The position numbers and the translations under genes are program-made. A DNA stretch of 62,043 bases, the filler included, from Catajapyx aquilonaris (lineage: Eukaryota), in the NCBI GenBank assembly GCA_000934665.2. It is 4 parts of 4 records of this genome, joined end to end, with 100 filler letters (N's around TTAATTAATTAA, not from the genome) between each part and the next. Parts side by side here need not be neighbours in the genome. Positions count along the whole stretch, not along the records: positions 1 to 15,428 come from KZ539694.1; positions 15,529 to 30,957 come from JYFJ02007504.1; 2 more parts are not named here. The stretch is one strand, 5' to 3'. This document shows positions 14,893-28,433 of this stretch, in pieces (the first letter of the stretch is position 1; the number at the start of each line of letters is the position of its first letter). A model generated the notes under the pieces. That model saw only the letters and a program-made list of their open reading frames with translations, made no database searches and was not told the origin of the DNA.

Positions 14893-14898
14893 TTTATA
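14893..14898 (-). promoter_or_regulatory. TATA box of the prepropeptide gene
   Basis: TATAAA about 32 nt upstream of an Inr-like TCA (14868-14866) and just upstream of the ATG at 14857. Confidence 0.6.
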
Positions 14899-15127
14899 CC
14901 CATCGACTTATCTGTACAACCTCAAGACAGGGGCATCAGTGACGGTGACTACTATAGGAACAATGAACAAAATAATAACTTGCAGGTTGTTTTAATGCGA
15001 TTTTTACGAGCGTGAGTTATGTGACGTGTGTGAGATCCACTTGCTAACCCAATTCTGTTTCTCCAATTTGAAATATACCTCTTGTACATTTGTCCCATCA
15101 GGCTCTCCGCCGCCTTGGCTGTCTATA

Positions 15128-15428
15128 CAGGGTGCTCAAAAACTCGCGGAAAGTCGCCAGGTAGCCTGATAGGACTCGCAAAACTAATATAGGGATGTGG
15201 AAGTAGTTTTGGGCTAACTTGCATAGTTTTTGCGTACGACGCCTTCAAGATTTCGGCAGTTTCATGACGTCACATCCGCCTTGAGGCTGGCCACAGATAC
15301 CGTTGTTTATTTCTCAACAATCACAGTTGACTCAACTGTGATTGTTGAGAAATAAACAACGGTATCTGTGGCCAGTCGACACCTCAATTGCCAGACTGAA
15401 ATCGTTGTTTATTTCTCAACAATCACAG
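15128..15428. mobile_element. Tc1/mariner-type MITE end (TA-CAGGGTG) containing an 89-nt palindrome (15287-15375); truncated by the spacer
   Basis: TATACAGGGTGCTCAAAA terminus; perfect 44-bp inverted repeat centred at 15331. Confidence 0.5.
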
Positions 15429-15528
15429 NNNNNNNNNNNNNNNNNNNNNNNNNNNNNNNNNNNNNNNNNNNNTTAATTAATTAANNNNNNNNNNNNNNNN
15501 NNNNNNNNNNNNNNNNNNNNNNNNNNNN
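15429..15528. other. Assembly spacer (44N-TTAATTAATTAA-44N)
   Basis: Identical 100-nt construct present three times; the 12-mer has stops in all six frames. Confidence 0.95.
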
Positions 15529-15652
15529 CCCCCCGGGGGGGGGGGGTCCGGACTTTCAATGGCCCAGGAAAGGTAAATACCTTGTCATAAACTAGTTGAA
15601 TACCCCTGGTCTATACAGCAGAAATAAATATTCTATACTTTCACAATCAATG

Positions 15653-15966
15653 CCGCAGACGCGCCGAATCTTCCGAGGCTATAAGTAGGCAGTAAACTCC
15701 CGTGATCGTCATTGATCTTGAATTAATCTAGGAAAATTTTAAAAATTTTAAAAATATATAAAATATCATATTAACCAAACTAATCACTGATTAGTGTCTA
15801 TGTCATAGACATACAAATCAGTGATCAGTTTGATAATCAAACTGATCACTGATTAGTTTGGTTAATATCATATTTAAAAAAAATTTAATTTCCTCTATTA
15901 TGATCAATGACGATCACCCCTGTTTACTTCTTGCTTGTGGACTCGCAAGATTCTACGCGTCTACGG
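15653..15966. mobile_element. Degenerate foldback/MITE
   Basis: Imperfect inverted arms: GTGATCGTCATTGATC/GATCAATGACGATCAC and ATATTAACCAAACTAATCA/TGATTAGTTTGGTTAATAT. Confidence 0.7.
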
Positions 15967-18900
15967 TAGTAAGTTATAGCTCTTTCTACTGTACAGTACA
16001 ATGCGTTCCAACTGCATTGTGTAGTGGCCTAACCTGTGCGCTGTGCCCCTTTTTCACCTATTGCCCCATTCTCAGTGCTCGGGAGCTAACTGGAAGACCT
16101 AGTAGCCCCTGTTGAGGCGGCAATAAGTGAGCCAAGAGAGGCGTAATGGTTACAGCATTTCCAGGAGAGCTTTTTCTTTTCCTGTTACTGCGAATGTTAG
16201 TAAGGGGGTTTACGGGTTTTGGAAGGAAAGTGCCTAGTAAGCTGTAGCGTCAACGAACTTATGCCGATAACGGTAAGTTAAGATGAAATAAATGAAAGAG
16301 TTATGGTAGAATTTTATACTTCATCTGAGGCGTATAGGCCTAGTCAATAAAAACTACTGACAGTGTTATCTAGAATCCAACGTAAAATCCGAGAGATTAG
16401 TCCCAGGACAATGAGTTTAGATGCTGGATAATGACTGACGTCAACCATCACACAAACGCCAATAAAATCGACTTTGCCCGGCGGCCGTCAGCACACGTTG
16501 TTTGCATATATACTATACTGCACATTGCTTACCATAATTGTATGCGGCCGTGTCTAGCGTTGCGCACCTCAAGTGCTGAAACAAAAAACTAATAAAAGTG
16601 AAATGAGCTATGGACATACTAGTTAACTGAATTTTTGACCATTTCATTACTTCAGTATACTGTGAAGCTTGCATAGGAAATGTAAGTAAACGGTCTTATC
16701 ATATAATATGAATAATACTGTATATCGAACACCTTGACAATAACAGATGTCACCAAATACAAAGTCAAATCAACTCATGCAATGCTAAATTGTTAAGCAA
16801 TGTATATACACTGGTAAATGATGGTCCTCCACGTTGGATCTCTCTTCTTGGTAACTACTGTAGGTGGGTAGGATCTACTGTTAAAAGTTGGATCCAGAAG
16901 TGTGTCCTTGTCTGTGGGCTTCATATTTTTAAAAAAGAAGCATAACATCGTTATCATATCCATTTATGATGTCAGTAACTAAGTATACACTTTCGTAAAT
17001 ACGCAATAATATTGGCATTTATAACCATACTACAAAATAATCCCCTACCTGGCTCAACACACAAATTGATAATATCCACTGTTCAAGTTTATCGGCAACA
17101 ACTATTTACTCCTCGGCATCCAGTAGGTTATAGCTTACTTTATCGAATACTTTAGCAACAAATGCATTTATTTTGTACTCTCCGAATTCAACCTTGACAT
17201 CTATTCAGCCTAAACCCATTTCTTATTCTCCAAGAAGAATGACACGCAAGGGCACTCCCTTGCACACGTTTTTTCCTTCTTTTTTTGTAATCCGCGTACG
17301 TGCTTTCCTATCTCAAGCGAGATGCGTTGTTCCCAGAGGGTGCATGTCGCGTGGAAGGTATATATAAGATGTCTCCGAATAATTGATGCCCGAGAAAGAA
17401 AAGAGGCGGTGGGGATGAAACGGGAAAAAAAGAAGCTGTACCAACAGGAATAAAAAAAAGGAGTGAGGTCACTAGGGAGAAACAGAGTCAGAGGTTAAAG
17501 AGACGCAAGGGGGCTGCTGTAAAAGACATGGGGCCAAAGACGCCTGATCGTAGGGGATGCCCGAAATATTTCCAGTATTATCTCTCCCCTCCCCCCATTT
17601 TCTCCTCCCCCACACCAATGCCATAAGAGAAGTTGTCGTGGGACAGACTTTCCCTTTACGCCAACTTTTTTTTCTGAACATCGCCATATACCCTCCGGAA
17701 GTCTCTTCCTTTAGAAAAAAAAAAAAGTTCAGACCGTTCGTTAGTATCAAGTCACAATTGGGATCCTGGGGTATTATCCCACCGCACATTCGGGACTGGC
17801 CATATCTGCACAATTATAAGAGGAGCGTGCTGGAAAAGGGATTGAGAGGGAGGGAGGTGGGACAGAGTGGGTGGATAGGATCGATGGAGGAGTGTCTGAA
17901 AGTTTTGGTGCCGTGGGTCGATTTGGGAGGACTGGCCTACGAGAGCGTGGTGGTCCATAAGCTCATGTGCGTTTTTAAAAATTTAGGGGAGGGCCATCAC
18001 ACAGGTGCGTCTTGCTCCTGGTTTTCAAACGCATATTCGGAGGGGTTCGGTCCACAGATGATGCCTGAGGTGATCAGAGTTTTTTTTTTGTTGGAAAATG
18101 TAATGCAGCCTTGATGGGTGCGCTTGTTCGATGGAAGTGTTGCAAACTGCACATGGTCTTAAAAATTCATTGATTATTGAATGATTGATATAAATGATGT
18201 ACAACTTTTACCTGATCATTTTGGTCGAAATTGAGAGGCATATTGACGAATAAAAATTAAACAATCTGGGTATTTGTATTACATCAGGTTCAAACGTTCG
18301 TCATTGTTGGCAGTCTCCTTGCACATTTTTTTTACACATCTGGCTTAGTACCCATACTTCCTCTTTTGTGCAACATGAAGTCGGTGCCATCTACAGAGCT
18401 TGTCGCCTGGTTGCGCTTCACCTGATGGTGCACACCAAGCAGGCAAACCTGCCGTCAACAACACTAGCCAACAAGCTGTAACTGCAAAGGTCGCATTCAA
18501 GCGTCGCTTACCGCACTTTAGATAGCGCGCGTCTCTCTCGGAAACCTGACTTTCAGGACATTCATGTCATGAGACTCAAATTAACATTGTATGACGTGTA
18601 TGAACTGGACTTTCTTCGAGACAGCATTTGCACTGACGTTTAGAAGCCGTTTCTCATACGCATGGAATTACCTCATTTTGAAATAAAAACGATAGCTGAA
18701 AGTATGCACAGGCCCAAGTTGACAGTCAGGAAAATGAGGGACGGGGAACAGTTGATTGATTAGTCGCTCTTGGGCCGATATCGAACTCCGGTCCAGACTC
18801 GGCACTAGTTTTGGGTCATCCTTTAGCCTCTGTGTATTTCGACAATGTTTACACCACCATGAGTGACTATTCCATCAACTCCGCCAATTCCCACAGCTTG

Positions 18901-20443
18901 GGCAGAGGAATACCTTGCATGAAGGAACACCGAGAAGCTATCTTATCAACTTTTAAATGTAGGCGATTTTATTCTCGATTGTAAGGGAGTAATCAGGACA
19001 TGTGCTGCGTATGGCAACGGGCTAGCGGGTTGGGGGCACTGGGAATGGAATGAAAGGTGTGAAACTGTAATTAGTAAATTGGAGAAATCGCCTGGTGGAG
19101 GGGACTATGTCGGTTCACAGACTCCCGCAAAGTGCAGTAGACAGATTTTATTGTGTGTAAACAATTGCTTTGAAGTACGGTATCTTAATCCTTGTTCAAG
19201 GATGTTATTGTCAATATGAAAATTGGCGTTAATATTGAGACCTAACATTACAAAGCCATCGACGTAGCTCTCTTTGTGCCAAAGGTGATGCAAACTTAGC
19301 ATATATTGTCATATCACTTCCCTCTTTCTTCTCCTGACCGACATTTGATAACACCCTTATAGGTGGATAGCTCGGATGGATAGCTCTCAAAGACCTGTGT
19401 GATGGAGATAAGAAAGGGATAGAAATCGTTTGGATTTCTTTTTTCTTTTTTCTTTTGGAAAAGGGTAGGCAGATAGTGGCTCTCCTTCCACTGGCCGACC
19501 CTCTGCCCCACCCTTCTACATTCTACAATATTACAAGTTCCTTACACTGGAACCGTTTCTTTACAACGCCATCGACGGAGGAGAGAGACCCTATTTCACT
19601 TTCTGTTTAACTCTGAGGACGCGTTGACACGTCAGACCTGCAATACCCAGAAGAGCAAATTCCTGTCCCTGGAATGTTCATCAAGAGGAGTAAATGTCAC
19701 ATCTAAGGATTGTAATGTAAGGGAAAGGAGGAAGGAAAGGATCGCAACCGGGGGCGCAAAATCTTGTGGGAGTGATGGGGTGCATGCAGTTAGGAGTTAA
19801 TGGACTATACCGGGTGCCCCATGATTAACCCGACTCCTATTGTTCGCCACTTTTCACGGTCCGGAGCTACGTTATGCGTCATTTGTATTAACCCAATCAC
19901 GTTTCGCCCAAGGTTGGCGAGCTCAAACGAAGATTGGACGAATCCAAATGACGATATTAAGAGGAATAGCAGGAAAGAGAATGTACTGCCACCAATATGG
20001 TCTCATTTCTCTTCATTGTACGATGCTTCCTGTTGAATACGTCATTGTTGTTCTACAACATTGGGGGTATACTACCTAATATTGAATGACCCAATAGAGC
20101 AGGGGCTGAAGTCCTGGCATAATAACGTAGTTGCGCAGATTATTATTTCTGTGCCAAAAGGAAAATAGGTGCGTAAATTTTACACTTTATAAGCCCAAAA
20201 GGGCTGCCGCACTGGGTGGTATATTTTTGATGACTATTCCATGAATATGTTAACTCTAAATCCACTTATTACCTGGGACTTCCGCCCTTATCCTTTTGGG
20301 AAAGAACTTCGGTCCTTGTACAGTAGGATACTACTAGACAAGGACTGCCGCGTTGTCGGGGTGATTTTTCGACGACATCACAAGGCCGCCCCGAAGCACC
20401 ACTGTTGCTCCATTTTGACCACTTGTTTCAAACATTTCCCTTG

Positions 20444-20522
20444 GGTGACCAAAGTGTGGACAAGTTGTCTCTAGAGGTGACCAAAAGTGTGGACAAGTTG
20501 TCTCTAGAGGTGACCAAAAGTG
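20444..20522. repeat. ~32-33-bp tandem repeat, about 2.4 copies
   Basis: GGTGACCAAA(A)GTGTGGACAAGTTGTCTCTAGA repeated. Confidence 0.85.
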
Positions 20523-20748
20523 TGTTGATCTATCCTAACTGTTCCTACCATTGTTAATTTTATTTACGTCTATCTTCATGACCTTAGTGCCCAAGACTTT
20601 GACTGCAAACGGTGTCGTGGGATAAGAGATGGGTTAGTTTGGTCCATTTTCTAATATACATTGATGAAGTTTCATTTTGTGCCATTACATAATGTCTACT
20701 GGCTTTAGGGTCTTATGGGAGCATTTTTGCAAAGTAAGTGTGCAGTAT

Positions 20749-21273
20749 TTTTTAAAAATAATTGGGGGTTAGTGCACCGCCCTTTGATGGGCATCTGGCA
20801 CGGTACCTTTATTTGCTTTTTAGGTGTACAGTGTTGGACATTAATCGAGGCATATTGCTAGCGACATTTTCCGAAGCGGCAGAAAAAGGAATCGAAAATA
20901 AGGATACTGCAAGCCAGGCGAGCAAGATTCCTTCTGCCACTTCGGAAAATGTCGCTGGCCGTATGCCTCGATTAATGTCCAACACTGTACAAGCTAATAC
21001 ATTTTTGGTCCTTTTTCGTAACGCCCGGGTACCGCGAGCGATAGGGGATGACAGGAGGGGATGTGCAAAGTACAGTTCAATGTCGTTGCTGTGATCATTT
21101 TGTTAACTTCCCCGGGTGGTTTGTCTTAACGGAGATACCACCCGAGACGAAGCCAGAGATGACCCCGAACTCTGCACGAGATGAAGGAGGTGTCTCCGGG
21201 CTGGGAACGAACCCGGGACCTTAATATCCGTGGACGCGTAGCCTACTTTACCGCAGAGCCACTCCGCCACCCT
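20749..21273 (-). mobile_element. tRNA-derived SINE (family A), interrupted by a MITE
   Basis: Reverse-complement match to the 38056 copy over head, core and tail; 16-bp TSD AGTAAGTGTGCAGTAT (20733-20748 / 21274-21289). Confidence 0.9.
20829..20987. mobile_element. 159-bp Tc1/mariner-type MITE nested in a SINE
   Basis: TIR CAGTGTTGGACATTAATCGAGGCATA, TA duplication; the empty site GATGTACAAGCT is present in the 38-kb SINE copy. Confidence 0.9.
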
Positions 21274-22569
21274 AGTAAGTGTGCAGTATAGAATGTAACG
21301 CATTGGAGAGCTATTTTCCTCGTATGGGATTATAAATAGTGTTGCATTCTTATACAAAAGGCACAGTAATACTCTTATAAGAACTTTTCTTGTTTGTTCG
21401 TGAGCAGAAAAAAACCCAATTTAATTATTTAGATGTCAGATACGTAATATTGTTGGCAATGCTTTAGTTCCTTTGCAAAAAGCCAGCCTTACTTTCACGC
21501 TGGATTCGGATTTTACCGTGCCGGGGGTGTCACAGTGAGAGTTTTGCAGATTAGGTCGTTTTTTTAGCCACCAACTGTTGGAAGAGAGTAGAGCAGGGGG
21601 GAGAGGGAGGTACGCAATTTTCCATGCTGCAATTGTTGCATCATGGCGTCCTCGTGCCTGCTCCTAACTGCCATCCCAGCACACGTGTCTTGAATACTCA
21701 TCAGTTTGGCCACAGCCACATGTCCCACCTCTTCATGGCCTTTCCAGAGTCGCAAAAAAATTGTATGTGGATTTTTTTGCCTTCGTTTTTAAAGGGATGG
21801 GCCATTATCGTACACTCTTACACCAGTCTTACTAGTCATAATGTAACATGGAAATATTTAATTTAATTTGTGATATTAACCTAATGCTGCATTAGTTAAT
21901 ATGTAGACCTACATGGCCGGATTCTCCTGCAACTAATAGCTCAGTAAAGATATACATTTGTATTGCTGTTTGGCGTCTCCCATAAGCTGTCTTATTGGAG
22001 AATCCAGTGAACATCAGGCTCTTAATTATACAGGGCGTTCTAGTTGAAATGCCCTCAGTAGTTAGTCTCTGCCTGGCGAAGACAACACATAAAAAGCAAT
22101 GGCCTATATTCAATTACTTCGTCGCTAATTGGCTTCATAATTCGATATTTTCGGCGTGCGCAGCCAGCCACATGCCTTTCCCCATGTAGGCCTACTCAGA
22201 CCAATGGAATTAAAATGCTATACATATACTCAATGCACGAAGGTGGACTTTTAAATTTGTCTTTTTTGCCTATGTACGCGACAAGCATTCCTTACTGTGA
22301 TTGTGAGTTGGTATTGGCGTTGAAAATACAATACACGTCCTCCCTCCTCTCTTGAAATTGTTGGATTTGTGATGGACCGTTTCACTTTTGACCAATCGTT
22401 ACCTACAGTATTTCTTGCTATACAGTATACTCCTCTCAAAATGGCGAGTAAATTTTCCAATCTCTCTTCAGCAGATAATATATTTGATAACTCCTAAGAA
22501 AAACTGTTCCAAAGCAACTGCTTGAAAATATGCCAACAAATTACTGATCACTAAGGGCATTTAATTTGT

Positions 22570-22917
22570 TTAATTTTTTTACCCCGTGATACAGCTGTAA
22601 GTCGTTGTAGGGGGTGGCATACCACCATCAGTTTTCTAGTGTTTTTGCAACTTTTACTTCATTCTCCGGTGCAAGGAAACAGGGACATTGGGAAAGAATA
22701 GGAATTGTTAGGGAGGGGACACTTGTGCAGGTGTAATGTCATGAAACCTTTGGGCCATGTGCAGTCCCCTAGGAGGTTAGGTTGCCAGACACCTCCAAGG
22801 TGCAGGTCAGAGACCCTCCCGACGCAGGTGGAAGCGAACTCCCAGGCGGGGATCGAACCTGGGACCTTCCACTCAGCAAGTCGAGACGTTACCATCTCGG
22901 CCACCACACCTCCCCCG
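22570..22917 (-). mobile_element. tRNA-derived SINE (family B)
   Basis: Head GGGGAGGTGTGGTGGCCGAGATGGTAAC...GGTTCGATCCC; matches the 46-kb and 50-kb copies; TSD TAAGGGCATTTAA. Confidence 0.88.
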
Positions 22918-25900
22918 TAAGGGCATTTAAATTGTAAAACCATGTAGCCCAAGGAACTTGGCTCATGAAACTGATTTTTTCGCCCCCTAAAAAGCAGTTT
23001 TAACTAATTTATTACTTGAACCTCATTCTCTTCTAAGTTCTCTAGTCACAAGTCAGATGAATATATTATTGGGTGTTGTGGTCATAAGTTAAGTCAAAGT
23101 GCTGTTCACTGCAAAAGCTCGCAAGTTGCTTTACTTATCCCCAATGTTGATATGATTGTGACCTTTTGTATTAGCCTACCAAAACTAGGCGAAGTCAATC
23201 CAGTCTTACATTTACATATAGCGATATGTCGTTCAGATTTTGATTCACTTAATTGCATTGCAAAATGAATTTTCCTTCTGAAAAAGGAGGCGTTTTTGCA
23301 AAATAGGTTGACAGTATACCAACATATTGAGTAAAAATGTAATTAAATCACCAGCTATTTTCATTATCATTGCAGCCATATGTCGGAATAGTTATACCTA
23401 AAAGGACCCGCAAATATCATCGCATTGAATCGAGAAAACAGAAGCTTACTTACAGTCCCAATGGTCACAATGTCATAAGCTTGCCTCTAAATCCTGCGAA
23501 CGCGATGTTAGCCCGGCCGTTAAAGCACCATCATTCTAGCTATCGCGATCCACACAATAAGCAATGATCTTCAGCCCAATTCGGCCTGAAATCTAGTAAA
23601 TATCGAAAGTTTTTCTCTTTTTGAAACCTTAGAAACTCACTTGTGGATATTTATAGTCCTCCCCCAGTTGCCCCCAATAAGACCACAGAGGGCTGAAATA
23701 AGTTTATGTAGAAGCTTTCTGAACTGTTGGTGGTGGTTTTGGGTTGATGAGAGATAAGGGTGGGAGAGGCACAGAGAGCGATCTGGAGCCCCGAAAACTG
23801 GCAGAGCTGTTAATCTCCGGAGAAAACAGGACTTTGGCGGAGAAAGCAAGCAAGAGGAGAGTTAGATCAATGCTTCATGAGTGCCGAGGCTGGGCTTGCC
23901 GAGTGATGAATGCATCATTAGGAAGACAAGGAGTGTGGACCATTTCGACGCAGCCTCCCAAAAGGGACACGTGCTGGGCGGGTTCTCCTACCCCCACATC
24001 TTTTTTCTAACCCCCTTCCAACCCTTCCTACTCCACCTTAAAAAAAGAGGAATTCCAGCTTTTCGACAGGGTGCAATTCCAACAGCAGTCGTGGCCACCA
24101 GTAAGTCCAATAGAGCCGAATTCTCAGCAATATCGTCTAGGGAGAAGGTGATGGAATGAAGCACCCAGACCCTCTACTCTACCAGCACCCCCTTCCCTTC
24201 TTCTTGCATTCCTTCTCACTCCCACTCTTTCTCTCTGCCAAACGCCCCAATTAACGATTGTGGTTTCCCTTGACTCCCCTTTCTATAGTATGGTAATAAA
24301 TCACGACTCTGAATCGCCCCCCGAGTGTCAGGAAGGGGGATTGCCCAAACGAATAACAAAAGATCCCGTGACATTTGTAGTAGTGTTGATTTAGTACTCA
24401 TTTTCAAGTACGTGGGGAAGCAGAGGGCGAAGGGGGAGGGAGGGCGGGGCGAATGGGAATGGTGGGGCAATGAGGATGGGTGATGAATTCGGACGCACAC
24501 CCAGCGAGTGAGTTTAGCGGGATGAGAGGCAACCCTCATTGGCCACATCCACAACCGCATCCGAATTGGCTTACGGGCTTATTGCTACCTGCAGATCCTG
24601 GTACCATTATAATTGATACATAAGAGGTGGATAGTATAATTTTCTACTATTTTAGGTAAGCAGTATGATGCAAGAATTATGAATATTGTGTAAGTTAAAA
24701 GATGCAGAACGAAGTGCCGCATACCATATGCAGTACAAAGAAAAATGTAATAAAAAAGTAGCGCCAAGATTTTTATAAATATGATTATTAGTCTACAGTA
24801 CTCTTGACAGTGCCCTAGACTTTATAATAGGGGGAAAACCGGACAAGATATACTTAAGAATGCAACGTTACGGAGAAGCAGTATAATCGTTGCTTTTTAA
24901 AGATATTTCACATCTAAAAAATTGAATGAGTCGACGGAAGAAGGATGTATTCCAGCTGACTTTCGAAATGAGATTATTAGCCTATGTGAAAGTTTAATGT
25001 AGTTTGGAATATTTCTTTTTGTCGAGCGCAAAATAAAGCACACAAGCCTGATGCTATTTTTTCACTATAGTGCAAGATATTTGTAGTACTGTATTAACGT
25101 TGTAAAAAACATGGCGTCCTCAAGTGACTATTGGCCTAGAGATAGGAAAATATATAGAGAAAACTCTGACGAGTGACGGAAAACCGCTTCAAAGAATGCT
25201 GTCGTAGTAAAACTTTGACTTTCCCTCCTGAGAAATTGAGTCACATTGGGATGTGCCCTTATTCCTCAATTATATTTACATGTACTGTACTGTACCAACA
25301 TGTGACCTTCGGTTGCTGCCTAAGGTAGAAATGTGTTTGTAAAACATTCCTGATTTCTACTGTAAATTGTGAATACTCGTGGGTCAGATAATGATAATAT
25401 TGGTTACTACCTGATAGGTCTGTGCTCTTTTAGGGAATCCTTTTTTAATCACTGAGCTGCTGATAAATTTTGATTGTGAGAAATTGAAAATGTTATAAAA
25501 TTGGATTTTGTTCATGGACTTGCAAACCCTCATAAGACATTATGATGGGCAGTGGGTCTACATTACCGTTATAGTATAGTCATCTACCACTGCTGTTACG
25601 AGCAGAGCTTAAAGTCCACCCCCTTTGTCGTATTTCAAGATAATTTGGTTAAAGCGTGGATTGGAACAAATTTCAAAATGCATCCGAGCAGCAATTTGTC
25701 TTTATCCAAGCTATACACAAACTGACATGTTGTATTCTGAAAATAGCTGACTTGAATACCCCTGACATGCAAGTGCAGAGCTCAACGTATTAAAGTACAC
25801 GTGGTGCCACATGCCCCGGGTCACGTATCGATTTCCGTGCCAATTAGGAAGCGTTGCATTGTTAGGGGATTGTAACCGGTTGGGGAAGGCACGACCTTGC

Positions 25901-27370
25901 ATGTCAAAAACGTGTTTTCCCGACTTGGAACAGAGTTAAGCGACAATATCAGCGGTCCCTATCACAGAGGCTATACTTTCCTTTGTATAGGGACCAGAAT
26001 TCTGTTAAGCTGATAATCCCGATTTCATATCAGTTTATTTGTGGCATTTTGTTAATTCAAAGTATTGATACTACACAGCAACTTTTAAAACAACTTTCCA
26101 ACGTTGCACTACAACTACGAATATGTACGGTATATTGCAGGAGATGAAAAAACCTCCATGACGATATAGATTATTCGAAACGTGATTGAATTGGGTAGCC
26201 AGCAGTTTTCGAAAAAAAAGTAATTCATTTGGGATGGGAAATGTGCTTTGTTCTAAAAGGGAGACTAATTTTTGCCCATAGCAATAGTTAGACGTTGGAA
26301 TTGAGCTTGAATTCGTCGATGTCATGCACACACCAAGTAGAAAATGAAAAGTAACTTATACAGTATGATAGTAAAAATGTAAAAGTTGGGTTCTCGTAGC
26401 TGGCTACTGTAATGTTATTTAGTTGTCAGCCACCTACATACTGAAAATATCCTCCCTTGCGCTAATAATATGCGGTAAATTTTAGAATAAACGTCCACTT
26501 CTATTGGGTGATGACATCCCAAAATACTCGGTTTATCACATTATCCTATATACACCGTATCCAGTAACAGTACTACTCATACTGTATATGCTGTTGTATC
26601 ACAGGTATTGTGTTATTTACGAGTATGCTGATCTTATATTCTGACCCATATTTTTCCTGCAAATTTAACACAATCATATCATATCACTGATTAAATACTC
26701 ATTCTAATTGGCGCTGAACCTCTGAGAAATCTGGATACAAATTTTGAGGCTACACTGGAGACCAGAAAGTTTCTTTCCCACCAACCTAGGGAAGAAAATT
26801 TTTGAGATGAATAGCAGACGGATGCGAGAGTTTTTCATATGGAAAACGTTAGCTTAATGGGGGGAAAGGCGCTTCGAAGTATCCNTCTCCCATCCCCCTC
26901 TCTTCCTCAGCTCCTCTCAATTCAGACTCCCATCTCAGGTTTTCACTCGGAGAGCTCGAAAAGGTTTGCAGTTGGCAGTCTTCTTTTTCGCCTTCATCTC
27001 CACTCCCGCAAATGCCCTTTTTTGGCCCTTTCTCATTCTCCTTGGGTGGCCTACAAATTGCCACTGAAGCTTCCAAAAACTGTTATATACAGAGATCCAT
27101 GGAGTATTATTTTTTAAATGTTCAGATAATTTCATGCCTGAAACACAGGGTGCTCCGTTTGAAACTCTTTGAGTGGTTCGTGATTTTTGGAACTTAGCTG
27201 CTTATTGTAAGCTGCTACCTTGATCGAAAATATCTGCTAAGAACAAATTGGCGCAAATTGGAAGGTAATGTCGTCTGTTCTGAGAGGGACTGTAGCGAGA
27301 AATGCAAGAAACTGGTAACGATTGGTCACAGGTGAGACGCTCCATCACAAATTCACCAGTTGCAAGGGAA

Positions 27371-27599
27371 ACCGAAGCAGGTTGGCATAGTGGATAGGGC
27401 GTCCGACTGCTAATCGGGAGGTCCTGGGTTCGAATCCCGGGGCCGGCAACCCTGACCGTGGTTTTCTGCGGTTTTCCACGGTCTTTCCAGGATAATTCCG
27501 GGGTCGCTTCCGTATTATAGGCCACAGCCGCTTCCTTCCTTCCCTATCCTTGGAGGTTGAAAGGCAATGCTGGGCCAACCTCCTTAATATCAATTATAA
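27371..27599 (+). mobile_element. tRNA-derived SINE (family C; GCT anticodon-like head)
   Basis: A/B boxes; anticodon arm TCCGA-CTGCTAA-TCGGG; body GGTTTTCTGCGGTTTTCC...TAGGCCACAGCCGCTTCCTTCC; 13-bp TSD AGTTGCAAGGGAA. Confidence 0.9.
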
Positions 27600-28433
27600 A
27601 GTTGCAAGGGAACAGCCGAACAGGCCACAATTTCCTAATTATTTACTGAATTAACGTGGAATGATCTATCTATGATAGTCTTTAAAAGTAATTGGTCCAA
27701 ACTTACAAGCCCAATAATGCAACAAGCGAGGGAACAATTGGAACACCCTGTGCATCAAAGCTGGCAAATGCTTACTAATGACCTAGCAAAGTTGTCATAT
27801 ATGAAACTTTGCTGAGGGTCTGAAGTAGTATGTATAGCCTATGCTGTATGTTGGTAGAGCCAGAAAGGGAGACGAGACAAATGCTACAATCGCATATTCA
27901 CGGCCCAGCTCTCCGGGGTGAGTAAACACGTATTGAACAGGATGAACTTAAGCCTGTTTCAAGGCGAGTCAGCCTGTTTAGACCTTTCCGACATGGCTCG
28001 TATATTTGCTGGTGTCCTGCTTCCGGTTGCTAGGGAGCATTTTACCTACCTACAGGATGGTGGAAAACGTGAGCACTTATTATTGGAGATATGTTCCTTG
28101 TGATATTCCAACACGTAAATCACATGGTTGATTTTGCAATTGGCTCCAATAAGGAGATCATTGCATGTTAATTTTTGTGGTTGCTTCAGAGAATATCCTG
28201 TGATATATGCGACTCATGGAGGATGTAGCACTGATGGTCGAGGAGTGGAATAACCCCCAGGATAGTCCCTATCATTATTTTGCAGGTATTGCGAAACTAA
28301 CATTGACATGTTCCGTAACGGAGCTAATATAAACTAGAACAGTAGTTCGTCATGACGAAAATATGGCAAGGAACCTAATTCCGACAGGAAGTGGACACAT
28401 AGCCACCCTGTGCTGTTGCCAGATTGTCATCTA

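Noticed and set aside
17557..18114. 185-aa ORF
   Set aside because: No recognisable domain, homopolymer-rich, no splice support.
18424..18480. MVHTKQ start reminiscent of histone H3
   Set aside because: Stops after 18 codons with no further H3 similarity.
20444..20522. ~32-bp direct repeats that look CRISPR-like
   Set aside because: Repeats are contiguous without spacers; eukaryotic context and no cas genes.
27371..27460. Apparent tRNA-Ser(GCT) gene
   Set aside because: Poor acceptor stem, no long variable arm, and it continues into a repeated body flanked by TSDs, so it is a SINE head.
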